This document shows, in pieces, positions 18,541-29,212 of a stretch of 64,000 nt of DNA. A program made the position numbers and the translations under genes. Under the pieces are notes generated by a model. That model was not told where the DNA came from, searched no databases, and was given only the letters and a program-made list of their open reading frames with translations. The DNA is taken from NCBI GenBank assembly GCA_040381555.1, contig JBEIHC010000001.1, forward strand, positions 3,091-67,090, given 5' to 3'. This stretch comes from Bacteroidia bacterium (GTDB lineage: Bacteria; Bacteroidota; Bacteroidia; J057; RFSG01). The first letter of the stretch is position 1. Every line of letters starts with the position of its first letter.

Positions 18541-19542
18541 ATGAATCGGCAGGTACTTATTATTCAAACAGCCTTTACTGGGGATGTTATCCTGGCACTT
18601 CCGATTGCGCAGCGAATTCGCACGAATTGGCCGGAAGCGAAAATTCATTTTCTCGTTCGAAAGGGAAATGAAAATCTACTGGAGCATCATCCTGCTATTG
18701 ATCAAATCTGGATTTGGGATAAAAATCAGCATAAAATTCGGAACCTCTTGGGTCTGATGTCTCAATTATCTCAGATTCCTTTTGATCTGGCAGTTAACTG
18801 TCAGCGGTTTTTGAGCACGGGCATTTTAATGGCTCGTTTGAATGCTAAACAAAAGCGGGGGTTCTCTGAAAATCCTCTTTCATTTTTATATTCCGCTCAT
18901 TTTCCGCATACTCGTTCTACAAAGGGAAGTGACACACTTATACATGAGGTGGACCGGAATCTGAATCTGTTGAGGGATATTTTTCCGACCACTCGTGAAG
19001 CACCTAAAATTTTCCCAACTCAGGAGGAGGTATTTCGGGTACAACAGTTGCTTCCTCCCGGGAAATGGATTGTGCTTGCTCCGGCTTCTGTTTGGTTTAC
19101 GAAGCAATGGCCAATAGAAAAATGGAAAGCCTTGGTGGGGCTTTTTCCAGAAGACTGGATTCCGGTTGTGGTTGGGGGCCCTAAGGATGCCGATTTGGGT
19201 GATTTATTACTTACCGTAAGCAATAAGGGAGTGAATCTTTGTGGAAAACTTAGCCTAAGGGAGAGTGCCGCTCTTATGTCTCTTGCCCATCGGGTTGTCT
19301 GCAACGATAGCGCCCCCCTGCATTTGGCATCTGCTGTTTCTGCTCCGGTAACCGGAATTTTTTGTTCAACGGTGCCAGAATTTGGATTTTTCCCACTCTC
19401 CCCAAATGCAGTGGTTATTCAAGAAACAAGCGGTCTTGAATGCCGTCCCTGCGGATTGCATGGAAAAAAATCTTGCCCTCAAGGACATTTTCGCTGTGCA
19501 TTGGAAATTCAGCCCGAAAGCGTCTTTCAAACTCTGCTATAA
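18541..19542 (+). CDS. Glycosyltransferase family 9 (heptosyltransferase-like)
   Basis: N-terminal VLIIQTAFTGDVILALP and C-terminal VCNDSAPLHLASAV motifs. Confidence 0.85.
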   Translation: MNRQVLIIQTAFTGDVILALPIAQRIRTNWPEAKIHFLVRKGNENLLEHHPAIDQIWIWDKNQHKIRNLLGLMSQLSQIPFDLAVNCQRFLSTGILMARLNAKQKRGFSENPLSFLYSAHFPHTRSTKGSDTLIHEVDRNLNLLRDIFPTTREAPKIFPTQEEVFRVQQLLPPGKWIVLAPASVWFTKQWPIEKWKALVGLFPEDWIPVVVGGPKDADLGDLLLTVSNKGVNLCGKLSLRESAALMSLAHRVVCNDSAPLHLASAVSAPVTGIFCSTVPEFGFFPLSPNAVVIQETSGLECRPCGLHGKKSCPQGHFRCALEIQPESVFQTLL

Positions 19543-19656
19543 TTCCCTGTTAAAGTTTCCCCGGGATTTGGTACTTTTGTCTGAAACTGTGGGAAAGTTA
19601 TTCCAGAGACAGGTTCTGGTTCGTAATTTTGCCTAATCTCATTATTTTTGCACCCT

Positions 19657-21114
19657 ATGCAATTTAATTTTCAGGATTTAATCCAAACTCTCCCGCTGGT
19701 CATGTTATTGGTGACCGGATTGTTGCTCATGATAAGCGACGCTCTTCAGTTAAGAAGCATCCTTCCCTGGCTCGCCGGATTGGGTCTGCTTTCTTCTCTG
19801 GTTTTGGCTCTGCCTCTTAATACTACAGATGCAGGCATGACTCCCGTCTATAATCAGATGATTTTTACTGGAGGCTTGGCCTCTTTTGTTCATATTTCTT
19901 TATGTCTTGGGGCATTGTTTTCCCTGTTCTTTATTCAGGATTTCTTCCAACGCCACGGAAAGATTGTAGATGAAATCTATGCCCTTCTGGTTTTTGCCGT
20001 AATTGGTATGATTATGTTGGCGAATTCTAACGATTTGACCGTAACCTTTATAGGCCTAGAAACAATGTCCATCTGCCTTTATATTATGGCATCACTTTTT
20101 AAAACCAGTTCCAGCAGCAACGAGGCAGGATTGAAATATTTCCTATTGGGTTCCTTCGCTACCGGTTTCTTGCTTTTTGGAATGTCCATGCTTTATGGTA
20201 TTACAGGTGTTACCCAATACACGGCAATGGCCAATTCTCAAATGGTGGACAACGCTTTGTTCCTGCCAGGTGTATTGTTTATCCTGATTGGTTTCTTGTT
20301 TAAGGTTTCTGCTTTCCCTTTTCATAATTGGACTCCGGATGTGTACCAAGGTACGCCTACCCCCCTAACAGGTTTTATGGCAACCGCTTCCAAGACAGCA
20401 TCTTTTGTGGCCTTGGGAATGTTCTTACATCATACCATGCCGGTAATGGAGGGTAAAATTTTCTGGATTCTAATGGGAGCTGCTGTTATTTCTATGGTTT
20501 ATGGAAATATTGTCGCGGCTCGTCAATCTAATTTGAAAAGAATGCTGGCCTATTCTTCTATCGCTCACTCTGGTTATGTGTTGTTAGGATTGGCTTCTGG
20601 AAAAGAAGGGTTTATTGCCGTTATTTTTTATGCCTTCATTTATACCATCATGAATGTGGGTGCTTTCGGACTTATTGGGATGTATGAAAATTCCGATGAA
20701 GATGCTGAAGTATCCCGTTGGAATGGCTTGGGCTTACGCAAACCTTGGTTTGGGGTGGCTATGTCAATCTTCTTGTTTTCTTTGGCAGGTATTCCTCCTT
20801 TAGCCGGATTCATGAGTAAGTATCAGGTGTTCTTTGCTGCCGTTCGTTCCGAGTTTTATGTTGCTGCTGTAATAGGTGTGTTGGCATCTGTAGTGGGAGC
20901 CTATTATTATATTCGGGTTATTGTGAATATGTATTTCACAAAAGAGGAATCAGATGCACCTGTAGGAGGACTTTCTTGTGCAATGGCTCCGAGTGTTGGG
21001 ATTGCCATTTTGGCTGGGCTTACCCTGTTGTTGGGTATCTTCCCATCCCCTGTGTACACTTGGATTGAGTCTTTGTTTAATGGCTCCGGTATGTTGGCCA
21101 TGGCAGGCTTTTAA
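19657..21114 (+). CDS. nuoN: NADH-quinone oxidoreductase subunit N
   Basis: About 14 TM helices with FHNWTPDVYQGTPTP and LAYSSIAHSGY motifs. The ATG at 19657 is preferred. Confidence 0.88.
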   Translation: MQFNFQDLIQTLPLVMLLVTGLLLMISDALQLRSILPWLAGLGLLSSLVLALPLNTTDAGMTPVYNQMIFTGGLASFVHISLCLGALFSLFFIQDFFQRHGKIVDEIYALLVFAVIGMIMLANSNDLTVTFIGLETMSICLYIMASLFKTSSSSNEAGLKYFLLGSFATGFLLFGMSMLYGITGVTQYTAMANSQMVDNALFLPGVLFILIGFLFKVSAFPFHNWTPDVYQGTPTPLTGFMATASKTASFVALGMFLHHTMPVMEGKIFWILMGAAVISMVYGNIVAARQSNLKRMLAYSSIAHSGYVLLGLASGKEGFIAVIFYAFIYTIMNVGAFGLIGMYENSDEDAEVSRWNGLGLRKPWFGVAMSIFLFSLAGIPPLAGFMSKYQVFFAAVRSEFYVAAVIGVLASVVGAYYYIRVIVNMYFTKEESDAPVGGLSCAMAPSVGIAILAGLTLLLGIFPSPVYTWIESLFNGSGMLAMAGF

Positions 21115-21123
21115 TTCATTCTA

Positions 21124-22554
21124 ATGAGTTTTTTGCGCGAAGCGCTGGCAGATCCGGTCTTTGCCCTTGTCGGGGAAGCCGCAGATCAGCTTAATATTCC
21201 CGCATTTGTTGTTGGAGGCTATGTTCGGGACTTTCTCTTAGGAGATGCTTCTAAAGATGTTGACATAGTGGCAATTGGCAGTGGGGTAAAACTCGCTCAA
21301 GCTTTTGCTGAAAAAATCGGATCCAAACCGGCTGTTGTTTATGAAAATTTTGGAACGGCACTCGTTCGGTACAAAGGGTATGACATTGAGTTTATTGGAG
21401 CTCGTAAAGAAAGTTATCGGGCAGATTCTCGAAAACCCCTGGTCGAAAATGGGAGCCTAGAGGACGATCAAAAGCGAAGAGATTTTACCATTAATGCCTT
21501 ATACCTTTGCCTGAATCAAGATAGATTCGGAGAGTTGCTGGATCCATTTGGCGGAATCGGCGACATGCAATCTAAAATTCTTCGAACCCCATTAGATCCT
21601 GATATTACTTTTTCAGATGATCCATTACGCATGATGCGGGCAGCTCGGTTTGCCGCTCGCCTGGATTATATGCTGGATGAAGCAACCTTTGAGAGTATTG
21701 CCCGAAATAAAGAACGAATTCGCATCGTTTCTATGGAGCGAGTTACAGATGAATTGAATAAATTGATCCTGACCAATCATACGACCAAAGGATTCATGAT
21801 TTTATTCAAAACCGGCTTACTTGAAATCATTTTTCCTGAATTACAGAAACTTCATGGCGTCAAGATAATTAAAGGCAAAGGGCATAAAGATAACTTTTTT
21901 CATACCCTCAAGGTGTTGGAGAATCTCTGTGAAGAATCAGATGATTTATGGCTTAGATGGTCGGCATTATTGCATGATATCGCCAAGCCTGCTACCGCTG
22001 CTTTTGATCCCGTTCATGGATGGTCCTTTCATGGGCATGAGGACAAAGGTGCCCGAATGGTGCCCAAGATTTTCACGCGAATGAAATTGCCTTTGAATGA
22101 TAAAATGAAATTCGTTCAGAAAATGGTGCGTTTGCATTTAAGACCCATAGCCTTAGTGGATTCAGAAGTAAGTGATGCCGCTATTCGACGCCTGATAGTA
22201 GAATCAGGAGAAGACCTAGAGGATTTGTTGAAATTGTGCCGTGCAGATATTACTACTCGAGATGAGGAGAAGAAGGGACGCTATCGGGAGAATTTTAATA
22301 AGGTTGCTCAACGCGTTCGAGAAGTAGAAGAGCGGGATCAGTTGAGAAACTGGCAGCCACCGATAACCGGAGAAATGATCATGGCACATTTTAATTTGCC
22401 CGCGTCTGCAATGGTGGGTAAAATTAAAAATGCTATTCGAGAAGCAATATTGGAAGGAGAAATTCCCAATGAGTTGGAAGCGGCTCGGGCATTTATGATT
22501 CAAACGGGACAACAATTCATTTTAGCAGAAGGGGGAATTCAGCATGAAGAATAA
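21124..22554 (+). CDS. CCA tRNA nucleotidyltransferase / poly(A) polymerase-family HD-domain protein
   Basis: Head-domain motif VVGGYVRDFLLG...DVDIV, RRDFTINAL, and HD motif LLHDIAKP. Confidence 0.88.
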   Translation: MSFLREALADPVFALVGEAADQLNIPAFVVGGYVRDFLLGDASKDVDIVAIGSGVKLAQAFAEKIGSKPAVVYENFGTALVRYKGYDIEFIGARKESYRADSRKPLVENGSLEDDQKRRDFTINALYLCLNQDRFGELLDPFGGIGDMQSKILRTPLDPDITFSDDPLRMMRAARFAARLDYMLDEATFESIARNKERIRIVSMERVTDELNKLILTNHTTKGFMILFKTGLLEIIFPELQKLHGVKIIKGKGHKDNFFHTLKVLENLCEESDDLWLRWSALLHDIAKPATAAFDPVHGWSFHGHEDKGARMVPKIFTRMKLPLNDKMKFVQKMVRLHLRPIALVDSEVSDAAIRRLIVESGEDLEDLLKLCRADITTRDEEKKGRYRENFNKVAQRVREVEERDQLRNWQPPITGEMIMAHFNLPASAMVGKIKNAIREAILEGEIPNELEAARAFMIQTGQQFILAEGGIQHEE

Positions 22555-23191
22555 ATGGATTGCCTGTGTAGTTTTTATTTTCCTCGGAATACAAGCTCTT
22601 CCGGCTCAGACAGGTGTTGGATTTCGGTTTAGTTCTTGGATCAATCATTTTTATCGGGCAGAAACCTATCCTTTAATGGATGGATACTTTTCTCATGCTC
22701 AGGTGGGGGCATTTTATCGATTGTATAAAAAGAATGGCGGTCTTGAAATTGGACTTTCCTATTTGGCAAAGCCATCATCCGGAATTCCCTTTGTCGCTCA
22801 GGATTTTGGGAAAGGGTACAACACACAATATCGAGGAGGGCAGTTGGATTTTTTATTCGGTCCTCAGTTTAATGTATTTAGGCCGAAGACAGGCTATGTA
22901 ATGGGTATTCGTCAAGAGCCTAAAGGATTTTTAGATGCTGGCCTTGCCAATCGTACACTTTCGAAATTTTATATGTTTTTGCCTATAGGCTTTTCGATCG
23001 ATTTCCCTACCAGTTTTGGCACAGTGGGCGGGAGTTTGTTTTATCAAATAGGCATGACGAATGTAATTCGCAATCCCTATCCAGATTTAGATCCTGCATT
23101 TGATGGGGGTAAACAGCGCGCCATTCAAGTAGAATTGACAGTTCTGTATGGGACGGGAGCTAAGAAGAAGCCAGTAAAGAAGTCTAAGTAG
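22544..23191 (+). CDS. Hypothetical outer-membrane beta-barrel-like protein
   Basis: Signal peptide and alternating aromatic/hydrophobic strands. The lysine-rich tail is atypical. Confidence 0.45.
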   Translation: MKNKWIACVVFIFLGIQALPAQTGVGFRFSSWINHFYRAETYPLMDGYFSHAQVGAFYRLYKKNGGLEIGLSYLAKPSSGIPFVAQDFGKGYNTQYRGGQLDFLFGPQFNVFRPKTGYVMGIRQEPKGFLDAGLANRTLSKFYMFLPIGFSIDFPTSFGTVGGSLFYQIGMTNVIRNPYPDLDPAFDGGKQRAIQVELTVLYGTGAKKKPVKKSK

Positions 23192-23193
23192 TT

Positions 23194-23221
23194 TTGCTTG
23201 GTGCAAGCAAGTTTTATTTTT
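23194..23221 (+). terminator. Intrinsic terminator candidate
   Basis: ttgcttg-gtg-caagcaa followed by gttttattttt, between convergent genes. Confidence 0.55.
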
Positions 23222-24428
23222 CCGAATGAATCAATAGGGGTGTGAACATTATTTTTCCGCTTTTTTCAAGTCGCAAAAAATAATAGCCTGAAGGCAAGTC
23301 GGAAAAATCTACCGAAACAGATTGGGACAATTCATTCAGACTGATCCATTCTGTTCTAAGCAATTTTCCTTCAGCAGAAAATAGTTGCAAAGGGGCAGAA
23401 TGAGTATTGTCCGAATCGGAAAATTGAAGGGTAATTTTTCCATTTCCAGGATTAGGATAGATTTCTATTTCTGGAAGTTGTTGTGATAAAGGATTTTTCG
23501 CGGAAGTGATTTTAATCATCTCACTACTGCCTATAGTGCTTTCGGGTGTACTATATTCTATTTTATAATAAGTAGTTCTATTATTAGGATTCGGGTCGAG
23601 GTAAATAAATTGACTTCCATTTTTTGTTATTCTGTTCGGATTTTCTTCGGCCTGAAAATTAAGTCCGTCTAAGCTTTGGTAGAATGTAATTGACTCAGGC
23701 ATTGTTCCTTCTGCATCAAAAATGGCTTCAATTAGGTTGCCTTTTTCTGTACTTCTCCCTTGAAAATGGGTTAGTTGTATGGGTAAAGTGATGCATCCAT
23801 TACAGGGTTGGGTGATGTAGGTCGGCTGTCCAGTCATATAATTATAGGATACATAATTACCATCTGAATTCAAGGGAATAAAAAGAGATGGGTCATAATA
23901 GGCTGTATCGGTGCAACCGCTTCCAAAGTCAACGCGTAGAATTCGGGGGGCAGAATTGGAGAATTTTCCAATCGTACTGAAACTATTGGTAAAAACGGCA
24001 TAAATAGGTCCGGTATTGCAGCTTCCACAAAAGTCATAAGCGAAAGTAGGGGTTGCTCCGGCAAATACAATTACCTCGGCATGTGGGGGAATAATCCCTC
24101 CCGGAGGTTCTATTAACAATCCGGGACAGGTGGGGGTCATTGCTGCAATTGCACTGGCAGTGCTGGGGTTAGGTAATTGCCAAAGGTTGGTTCCGCATCC
24201 ACTATTGCAAAAATTCAAACCGGTACCCGAAGGGAAAGTGACAATCCAAGTGGCCAGATCTACCGGATTTGCTCCATTTCGGAAGGTAAAATATTCATCT
24301 AGTCCTTCGTTTGTGTTGCCCCCACAACTATTGACCATAAGGCCAGTTATTTCCGGGCATTGAGCCTGTACTATAACCGGGAGAAATAGGAGCGGTAATA
24401 TTAAGGATGCAAGGAATCTGTTCACCAC
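23214..24428 (-). CDS. Secreted Cys-rich protein with a T9SS C-terminal sorting domain
   Basis: Signal peptide (GTG start). C-terminal IEIYPNPGNGKITLQF...GYYFLRLEKSGK pattern. Confidence 0.7.
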   Translation of the reverse strand: MVNRFLASLILPLLFLPVIVQAQCPEITGLMVNSCGGNTNEGLDEYFTFRNGANPVDLATWIVTFPSGTGLNFCNSGCGTNLWQLPNPSTASAIAAMTPTCPGLLIEPPGGIIPPHAEVIVFAGATPTFAYDFCGSCNTGPIYAVFTNSFSTIGKFSNSAPRILRVDFGSGCTDTAYYDPSLFIPLNSDGNYVSYNYMTGQPTYITQPCNGCITLPIQLTHFQGRSTEKGNLIEAIFDAEGTMPESITFYQSLDGLNFQAEENPNRITKNGSQFIYLDPNPNNRTTYYKIEYSTPESTIGSSEMIKITSAKNPLSQQLPEIEIYPNPGNGKITLQFSDSDNTHSAPLQLFSAEGKLLRTEWISLNELSQSVSVDFSDLPSGYYFLRLEKSGKIMFTPLLIHSEK

Positions 24429-24577
24429 TACAAAGATAAGTCGGAATTGTTATCTAATTATTAATGAAATCAACGAATAATCAGGAATTTGCGTTTCGGA
24501 TATTGTCAAGGCGTTTTTGGCAATTTCTCGATTTCCTCAGGGAAATGTTACTTTTGCACCATTATTACTCTTTGAAT

Positions 24578-25522
24578 ATGACAAACCCTATTGAGCATGT
24601 AAAATGCCTGATTATCGGATCCGGTCCTGCTGGTTATACTGCCGCCATCTATGCTGCCCGTGCAGGGCTGAATCCTGTTATGTACACCGGGCTTCAACCA
24701 GGAGGACAGTTGATGATTACCAACGATGTAGAAAATTATCCCGGCTATCCTGAGGGAGTGATGGGCCCCAAAATGATGGAAGATTTTCGTTTGCAAGCTG
24801 CTCGTTTCGGGACAGATATTCGGTATACGCTGATTTCTGAGGTGAAATTAGCCCAACAACCGAAATGGGTAAAGACAGATGATGGAAAGGAATTGACGGC
24901 AGATTCAATTATTATAGCCACTGGAGCCTCAGCCAAATGGTTGGGGATTGAGTCTGAGCAACGACTCAATGGATTTGGGGTAAGTGCTTGTGCTGTGTGT
25001 GATGGCTATTTTTTCCGGCAGCAGGAAGTGGCTATTGTGGGAGCCGGTGATACGGCGGCTGAAGAAGCTACCTACTTAGCTAAATTATGTTCAAAAGTCC
25101 ATATGATTGTTCGTCGGGATGCTATGCGAGCATCCAAAGTGATGCAGGATAGGGTATTGAATACGCCCAATATTCAGATTTATTGGAACAGCGAAACCGA
25201 TGAAATTTTAGGAGAAAAAACGGTGGAAGGTGTTCGGATAAAAAACACCCTGACAGGAGAAAAAACGGAAATTCCCATCACAGGTTTCTTTGTCGCCATT
25301 GGGCATAAGCCTAATACAGATATTTTCAAAGATCAGATTACGATGGATGAAACGGGCTATATTTCTACAGAAGGGAAAAGCACCCGGACGAATATCGAAG
25401 GAGTTTTTGCCTGTGGAGATGCGCAGGATCATGTCTATCGTCAGGCAGTTACTGCAGCTGGTACAGGTTGTATGGCAGCCTTGGATGCGGAAAGATGGCT
25501 GGTCGATAAAGGAATTGTATAA
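24578..25522 (+). CDS. trxB: Thioredoxin-disulfide reductase
   Basis: GSGPAGYTAAIYAARA FAD motif, redox-active CAVCDG, and NADPH motif VGAGDTAAEEA. The ATG at 24578 is preferred. Confidence 0.93.
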   Translation: MTNPIEHVKCLIIGSGPAGYTAAIYAARAGLNPVMYTGLQPGGQLMITNDVENYPGYPEGVMGPKMMEDFRLQAARFGTDIRYTLISEVKLAQQPKWVKTDDGKELTADSIIIATGASAKWLGIESEQRLNGFGVSACAVCDGYFFRQQEVAIVGAGDTAAEEATYLAKLCSKVHMIVRRDAMRASKVMQDRVLNTPNIQIYWNSETDEILGEKTVEGVRIKNTLTGEKTEIPITGFFVAIGHKPNTDIFKDQITMDETGYISTEGKSTRTNIEGVFACGDAQDHVYRQAVTAAGTGCMAALDAERWLVDKGIV

Positions 25523-25711
25523 GGTTTAGGGGTTCTACGCGATTAATTGTAGGAGAATCTAAATGCCTTTTTAAGTGCCAAGGTTCTTCTTCCTGACCCA
25601 TTGCGGTTTGCCCCCTCCCTAACGCTCCCAAAAGGAGAGGGAACTCCACCCACAAGCCACAGCTCCAGAGCTTTTATCTTGTGTTTAATAGGCAGAATTC
25701 TGTATTTAGAT

Positions 25712-26212
25712 TTATGGCTTGCTGCAATCGATAACAATTCGGTCAACGATTTCCATGGCGGCAGGGCATACGGCAGTATTGACCAGTACTGTGTTTATCA
25801 AGGGGCCCATAGGTTTTCTATGCGTGTGAGGGAAATTTCGGCAATCCTCCGGGCGAGATTCATATACAGTGCAGCGTAAATCTTTTCCCAAAAAAGGACA
25901 CGGTGTTTGTTGTAAAACAATGTCTCCACTCTTGTCCTGAATTAAATATTCTTGTTGAAATTTTCCCGGAGAGATTCGGAAATGATTGGCGAGTCTTTCG
26001 ATATCTTTTCTGCTGAAAATTGGGGTTCCCAGCAAACAGCAATTCGCACATTGGGTACAATCTGTTTTTTCGAAAACAGCCTCATGAGTCTGATGGAAAA
26101 TCTCATCTACTTCTTTCCCAGGTTTTTTGCGAAACTTTCGAAAGAAGTCTTGAAAGTTTTTGAGTTTTTTTCTCGCTTCTTTTGCTAACTGAGCTTGTTC
26201 TTCCCTGGTCAT
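25712..26212 (-). CDS. YkgJ family cysteine-cluster protein
   Basis: CTQCANCC (CxxCxxCC) plus downstream Cys residues. It has a 4-nt overlap with the upstream GT39-like gene. Confidence 0.75.
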   Translation of the reverse strand: MTREEQAQLAKEARKKLKNFQDFFRKFRKKPGKEVDEIFHQTHEAVFEKTDCTQCANCCLLGTPIFSRKDIERLANHFRISPGKFQQEYLIQDKSGDIVLQQTPCPFLGKDLRCTVYESRPEDCRNFPHTHRKPMGPLINTVLVNTAVCPAAMEIVDRIVIDCSKP

Positions 26213-27861
26213 GGCATGCGTAAATAAAAGGCAAATCCCCCGGATTTTTTTACCAGTTTGAAGGTATAAAACAGCTGTTCTAATTCGGGATTGATTCGGT
26301 CAATGCGTGTTACCATCCAAACAGGGCGATCAATCTCCCCCTGGATTAACCATTCTTTATCGTATAATTCGGGTCGGTCGGGCATATTCACCTGAGCGTA
26401 AAAATAGGGTGCATAGCTTTTGTATCCTTCTGCTATAATTTGCACCCGTTTATTTCGTAAAGATTTATATAATTCTACTGCAGGGCCCTGAGTGATTTCT
26501 GAAATCCTAGGGGCTAACAATCCGGAGGTAAGGTGTAGGAAAATGGTCATTATAAGTGCCTGAATTCCTATGGTTTTCAAGGAAAAGGGTTGGAATTTCT
26601 CGAATAATAATCGCACTAAGAGTAACGATAATGAGGCTCCGAATAAAAAGGCTCCGGGTATCCATTCCTGTCCTGTCCATTGGATTGGTCCTGAAACACC
26701 TGCCAAGAAGAATTTGTCTTTGATTAAGTGGGAATAATCATGAATGTCTGGAAGAATCCATCCAAGGACGAATAGTGCTATTCCCATCATTATTCCCGTG
26801 ATGCTGAGTCCAATAGTCCATTCTATTTTTCCGAAGCCAGAGTTAAATTGGAGCTGTTCTCGAATCCAAATTCCTACCACGATGCAACCCGGAATCCAGG
26901 CAAGAGAAGAATAATGGACAATTTTTGTTGTGCTTAGGGAGAAGATTATCAGCACACAAAGGAATAAGGTTTTGAATAGAAAATGAGCATATCTTGAGCT
27001 GTAGTCAATTGGCTTGTACAGGCTTGCTCTCAGAAATAACCAGCTAAAGGGGAATCCTAATGCGAGTAAAATAAGGATATGATAAAACCAAGGTTGGTCA
27101 TGACCTGCAACTGGTTGAGTAAACAATTCTATTTGATAGGAGAGGAAGTTCAGGATAAAATCAGGTCCACGCAGGTAGGTAAGGGTGCCAAACCAGATGA
27201 GCAGTGGAAGCATGCCCGAAACAGTGGCAATTCCTATGAAAGTAAAAAACTTAGATGGTTTTAATTGAATCCAGTATATACCCAGAACCAGCGTGTAAAA
27301 AAGAATTGCCACGGGGCCTTTCGCTAAAACTGCGAATCCACAGAATAATCCTGAGAGTAAGGCGAGGTGTACTGACTGATTTTGAAGGGTGTAAAGTAGA
27401 AAAAAATACAAAGAAAGTAGAATCAGCAGGTTAAAAAAAGGGTCGATTATTCCAGTACGGAAATACAAGTGGGGAAGTAAACTGCCTAGGCAAATCAAGA
27501 TTAAAATCCATGCTAGGATTCTGTCTTTAAGGAAGATTCCTACATGATACAGGAAAAACAAAGTTGCTAATCCTGTCAGAGCATTCGGGAGCCGAGCTGC
27601 CCATTCGTTGATTCCGAATAAGTACATACAAGCGGCCTGAAACCAGAAGAACAGCGGAGGTTTTTCATAAAATGCCTGATAATTTATTTGGACATCGAGG
27701 AAATTTCCAGATACCAGCATTTCTCTGGCAGATTCAGCAAAGTTGATTTCGTCCCAATCGAATAAGGCAGTGTTGCCCAAGAATGGCAAAAAGCATAGTG
27801 CTGCAATCAAAGAGAGAAGCAGATAATCCCATTGGCCTTTTGGAGTAGGTAAAATCTTCAC
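26209..27861 (-). CDS. GT-C fold glycosyltransferase, family 39 / PMT_2 (ArnT-like)
   Basis: Multi-TM protein. The first periplasmic loop FDWDEINFAESAREM...YEKPPLFFW is typical of ArnT/PMT_2 enzymes. Confidence 0.8.
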   Translation of the reverse strand: MKILPTPKGQWDYLLLSLIAALCFLPFLGNTALFDWDEINFAESAREMLVSGNFLDVQINYQAFYEKPPLFFWFQAACMYLFGINEWAARLPNALTGLATLFFLYHVGIFLKDRILAWILILICLGSLLPHLYFRTGIIDPFFNLLILLSLYFFLLYTLQNQSVHLALLSGLFCGFAVLAKGPVAILFYTLVLGIYWIQLKPSKFFTFIGIATVSGMLPLLIWFGTLTYLRGPDFILNFLSYQIELFTQPVAGHDQPWFYHILILLALGFPFSWLFLRASLYKPIDYSSRYAHFLFKTLFLCVLIIFSLSTTKIVHYSSLAWIPGCIVVGIWIREQLQFNSGFGKIEWTIGLSITGIMMGIALFVLGWILPDIHDYSHLIKDKFFLAGVSGPIQWTGQEWIPGAFLFGASLSLLLVRLLFEKFQPFSLKTIGIQALIMTIFLHLTSGLLAPRISEITQGPAVELYKSLRNKRVQIIAEGYKSYAPYFYAQVNMPDRPELYDKEWLIQGEIDRPVWMVTRIDRINPELEQLFYTFKLVKKSGGFAFYLRMP

Positions 27862-27935
27862 AGCCCTTAAAATTAAGGTAAATATGAATTAGCCTGATTT
27901 TTGTTTAATTTTATCTAAAACTTACCACTTGAATT

Positions 27936-29033
27936 ATGATAAAAATCTACACTTTTCTTCTCTCGCTTTTACTTACGAGTTCTTTATCTGCTCAAATTAC
28001 TATTACTTTGAATGAAGTTCCGGATATTGGAAATTCACTTTGGGAAGTGTTGGATAGTTCCGGCTCACCCGCACTGACAGGCAGTTTCAATGGTGGAGCC
28101 AATCAAACTTGGAATTTCGCCGGAGGTTGGCAAATTAGAGATACCAGCAAAATTACTTTCGCAGCAGTATCCTCTGTTGCGAATACGATTTCTTCCAATT
28201 TTCCGAATGCTACCATGGCCTATGATAGGGTAGAGGATAGCGTGGCTTTGTTTTTTACACGCAATACTAATGGTTTATATATTAGTGGAAATTTTCTGTA
28301 CGGGACTTTGGATGTAGGGAATGGTATTTTAGTGAGTAATATCGGTACTATTTTTAGTAGTCCAGAAATGCTGGTGCCGGTTCCTCTTACCTATAATCAC
28401 AACCAAACCTACACCAGTCATAATACAACTACCGTAAATGCGACTATTCCCCCGGTAGGTGCAGTTACAGTATATCAATATCAACGGAAGGTGAAGCAAA
28501 TGTCGTGCATTGGATATGGAAGTCTTACGACACCATCTGGTACTTATCCCAATGCACTGATGGTAAAATCTAACATTACTACTTATGATACCACTTATAC
28601 TCCAAACCCATTATTAGGGCCACAGGTAAATTCAGATACTATCTCTTATTCCACTGAATATACTTGGATGACCAACGATAATAATCAGGTTATTTTACTT
28701 CAAATTGGAGCGGATAGTGCAGGTGCTATTATGGAATCAGCATCCTACACTTACAAAACATCTGTTGCCAATGACCCTGAATTTCAGGCATTAAATGCTG
28801 TACAGCTTTATCCAGTGCCTACTACGGGAATGGTAACAGTTGAGGTGCCTTCAGTATTGAGTTCCTGTCAAATGAAACTATTTAGCGTAGACGGTCAGGA
28901 AATTTCTCAATTTGGAAAGGAACTTCAAGGAACTACTCAACTGGATTTATCAGGTCTTGCTCAGGGGGTGTATTTAATTGAATTGACTTCTGGAAATTTT
29001 GTTCGTACCGGAAAGATTACAAAAACGAACTAA
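27936..29033 (+). CDS. Secreted protein of unknown function with a T9SS C-terminal sorting domain
   Basis: Signal peptide. C-terminal LYPVPTTGMVTVEV...GVYLIELTSGNFVRTGKI. Confidence 0.7.
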   Translation: MIKIYTFLLSLLLTSSLSAQITITLNEVPDIGNSLWEVLDSSGSPALTGSFNGGANQTWNFAGGWQIRDTSKITFAAVSSVANTISSNFPNATMAYDRVEDSVALFFTRNTNGLYISGNFLYGTLDVGNGILVSNIGTIFSSPEMLVPVPLTYNHNQTYTSHNTTTVNATIPPVGAVTVYQYQRKVKQMSCIGYGSLTTPSGTYPNALMVKSNITTYDTTYTPNPLLGPQVNSDTISYSTEYTWMTNDNNQVILLQIGADSAGAIMESASYTYKTSVANDPEFQALNAVQLYPVPTTGMVTVEVPSVLSSCQMKLFSVDGQEISQFGKELQGTTQLDLSGLAQGVYLIELTSGNFVRTGKITKTN

Positions 29034-29054
29034 GGCACAATTTAACCTTTAGAA

Positions 29055-29095
29055 AGCACCCTTCTGATTCCCAATCAGGAGGGTGCTTTTTTTTA
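29055..29095 (+). terminator. Strong rho-independent terminator
   Basis: agcacccttctgatt-ccc-aatcaggagggtgct (15-bp stem with one G-U pair) followed by T8. Confidence 0.85.
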
Positions 29096-29212
29096 TAGAT
29101 TCGAAGAAATTCCCTATCATTTTCAGATGGTTTCTGCTTATCTTTGTCCAGGGGCAGTTAGGTCTCGGTTGCCTCAAATATTTCATTCATTCTTACCTTT
29201 TTAGTCAATAAA

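Noticed and set aside
25449-25879. Track ORFs 25449..25655, 25543..25746 and 25601..25879 around the trxB / ykgJ convergent gap
   Set aside because: They overlap each other and the ends of well-supported genes. They have low-complexity Pro/Gly/Ser-rich translations derived from a ccctccc/gagggaa hairpin-like repeat. No coding evidence.
29096-29212. Possible SAM-type or other riboswitch in the 117-nt leader of the cystathionine beta-synthase gene
   Set aside because: I could not find SAM-I/II/V consensus elements, and there is only a weak 4-bp pairing (ggca/tgcc). An Infernal/Rfam scan would be needed, so no call is made.
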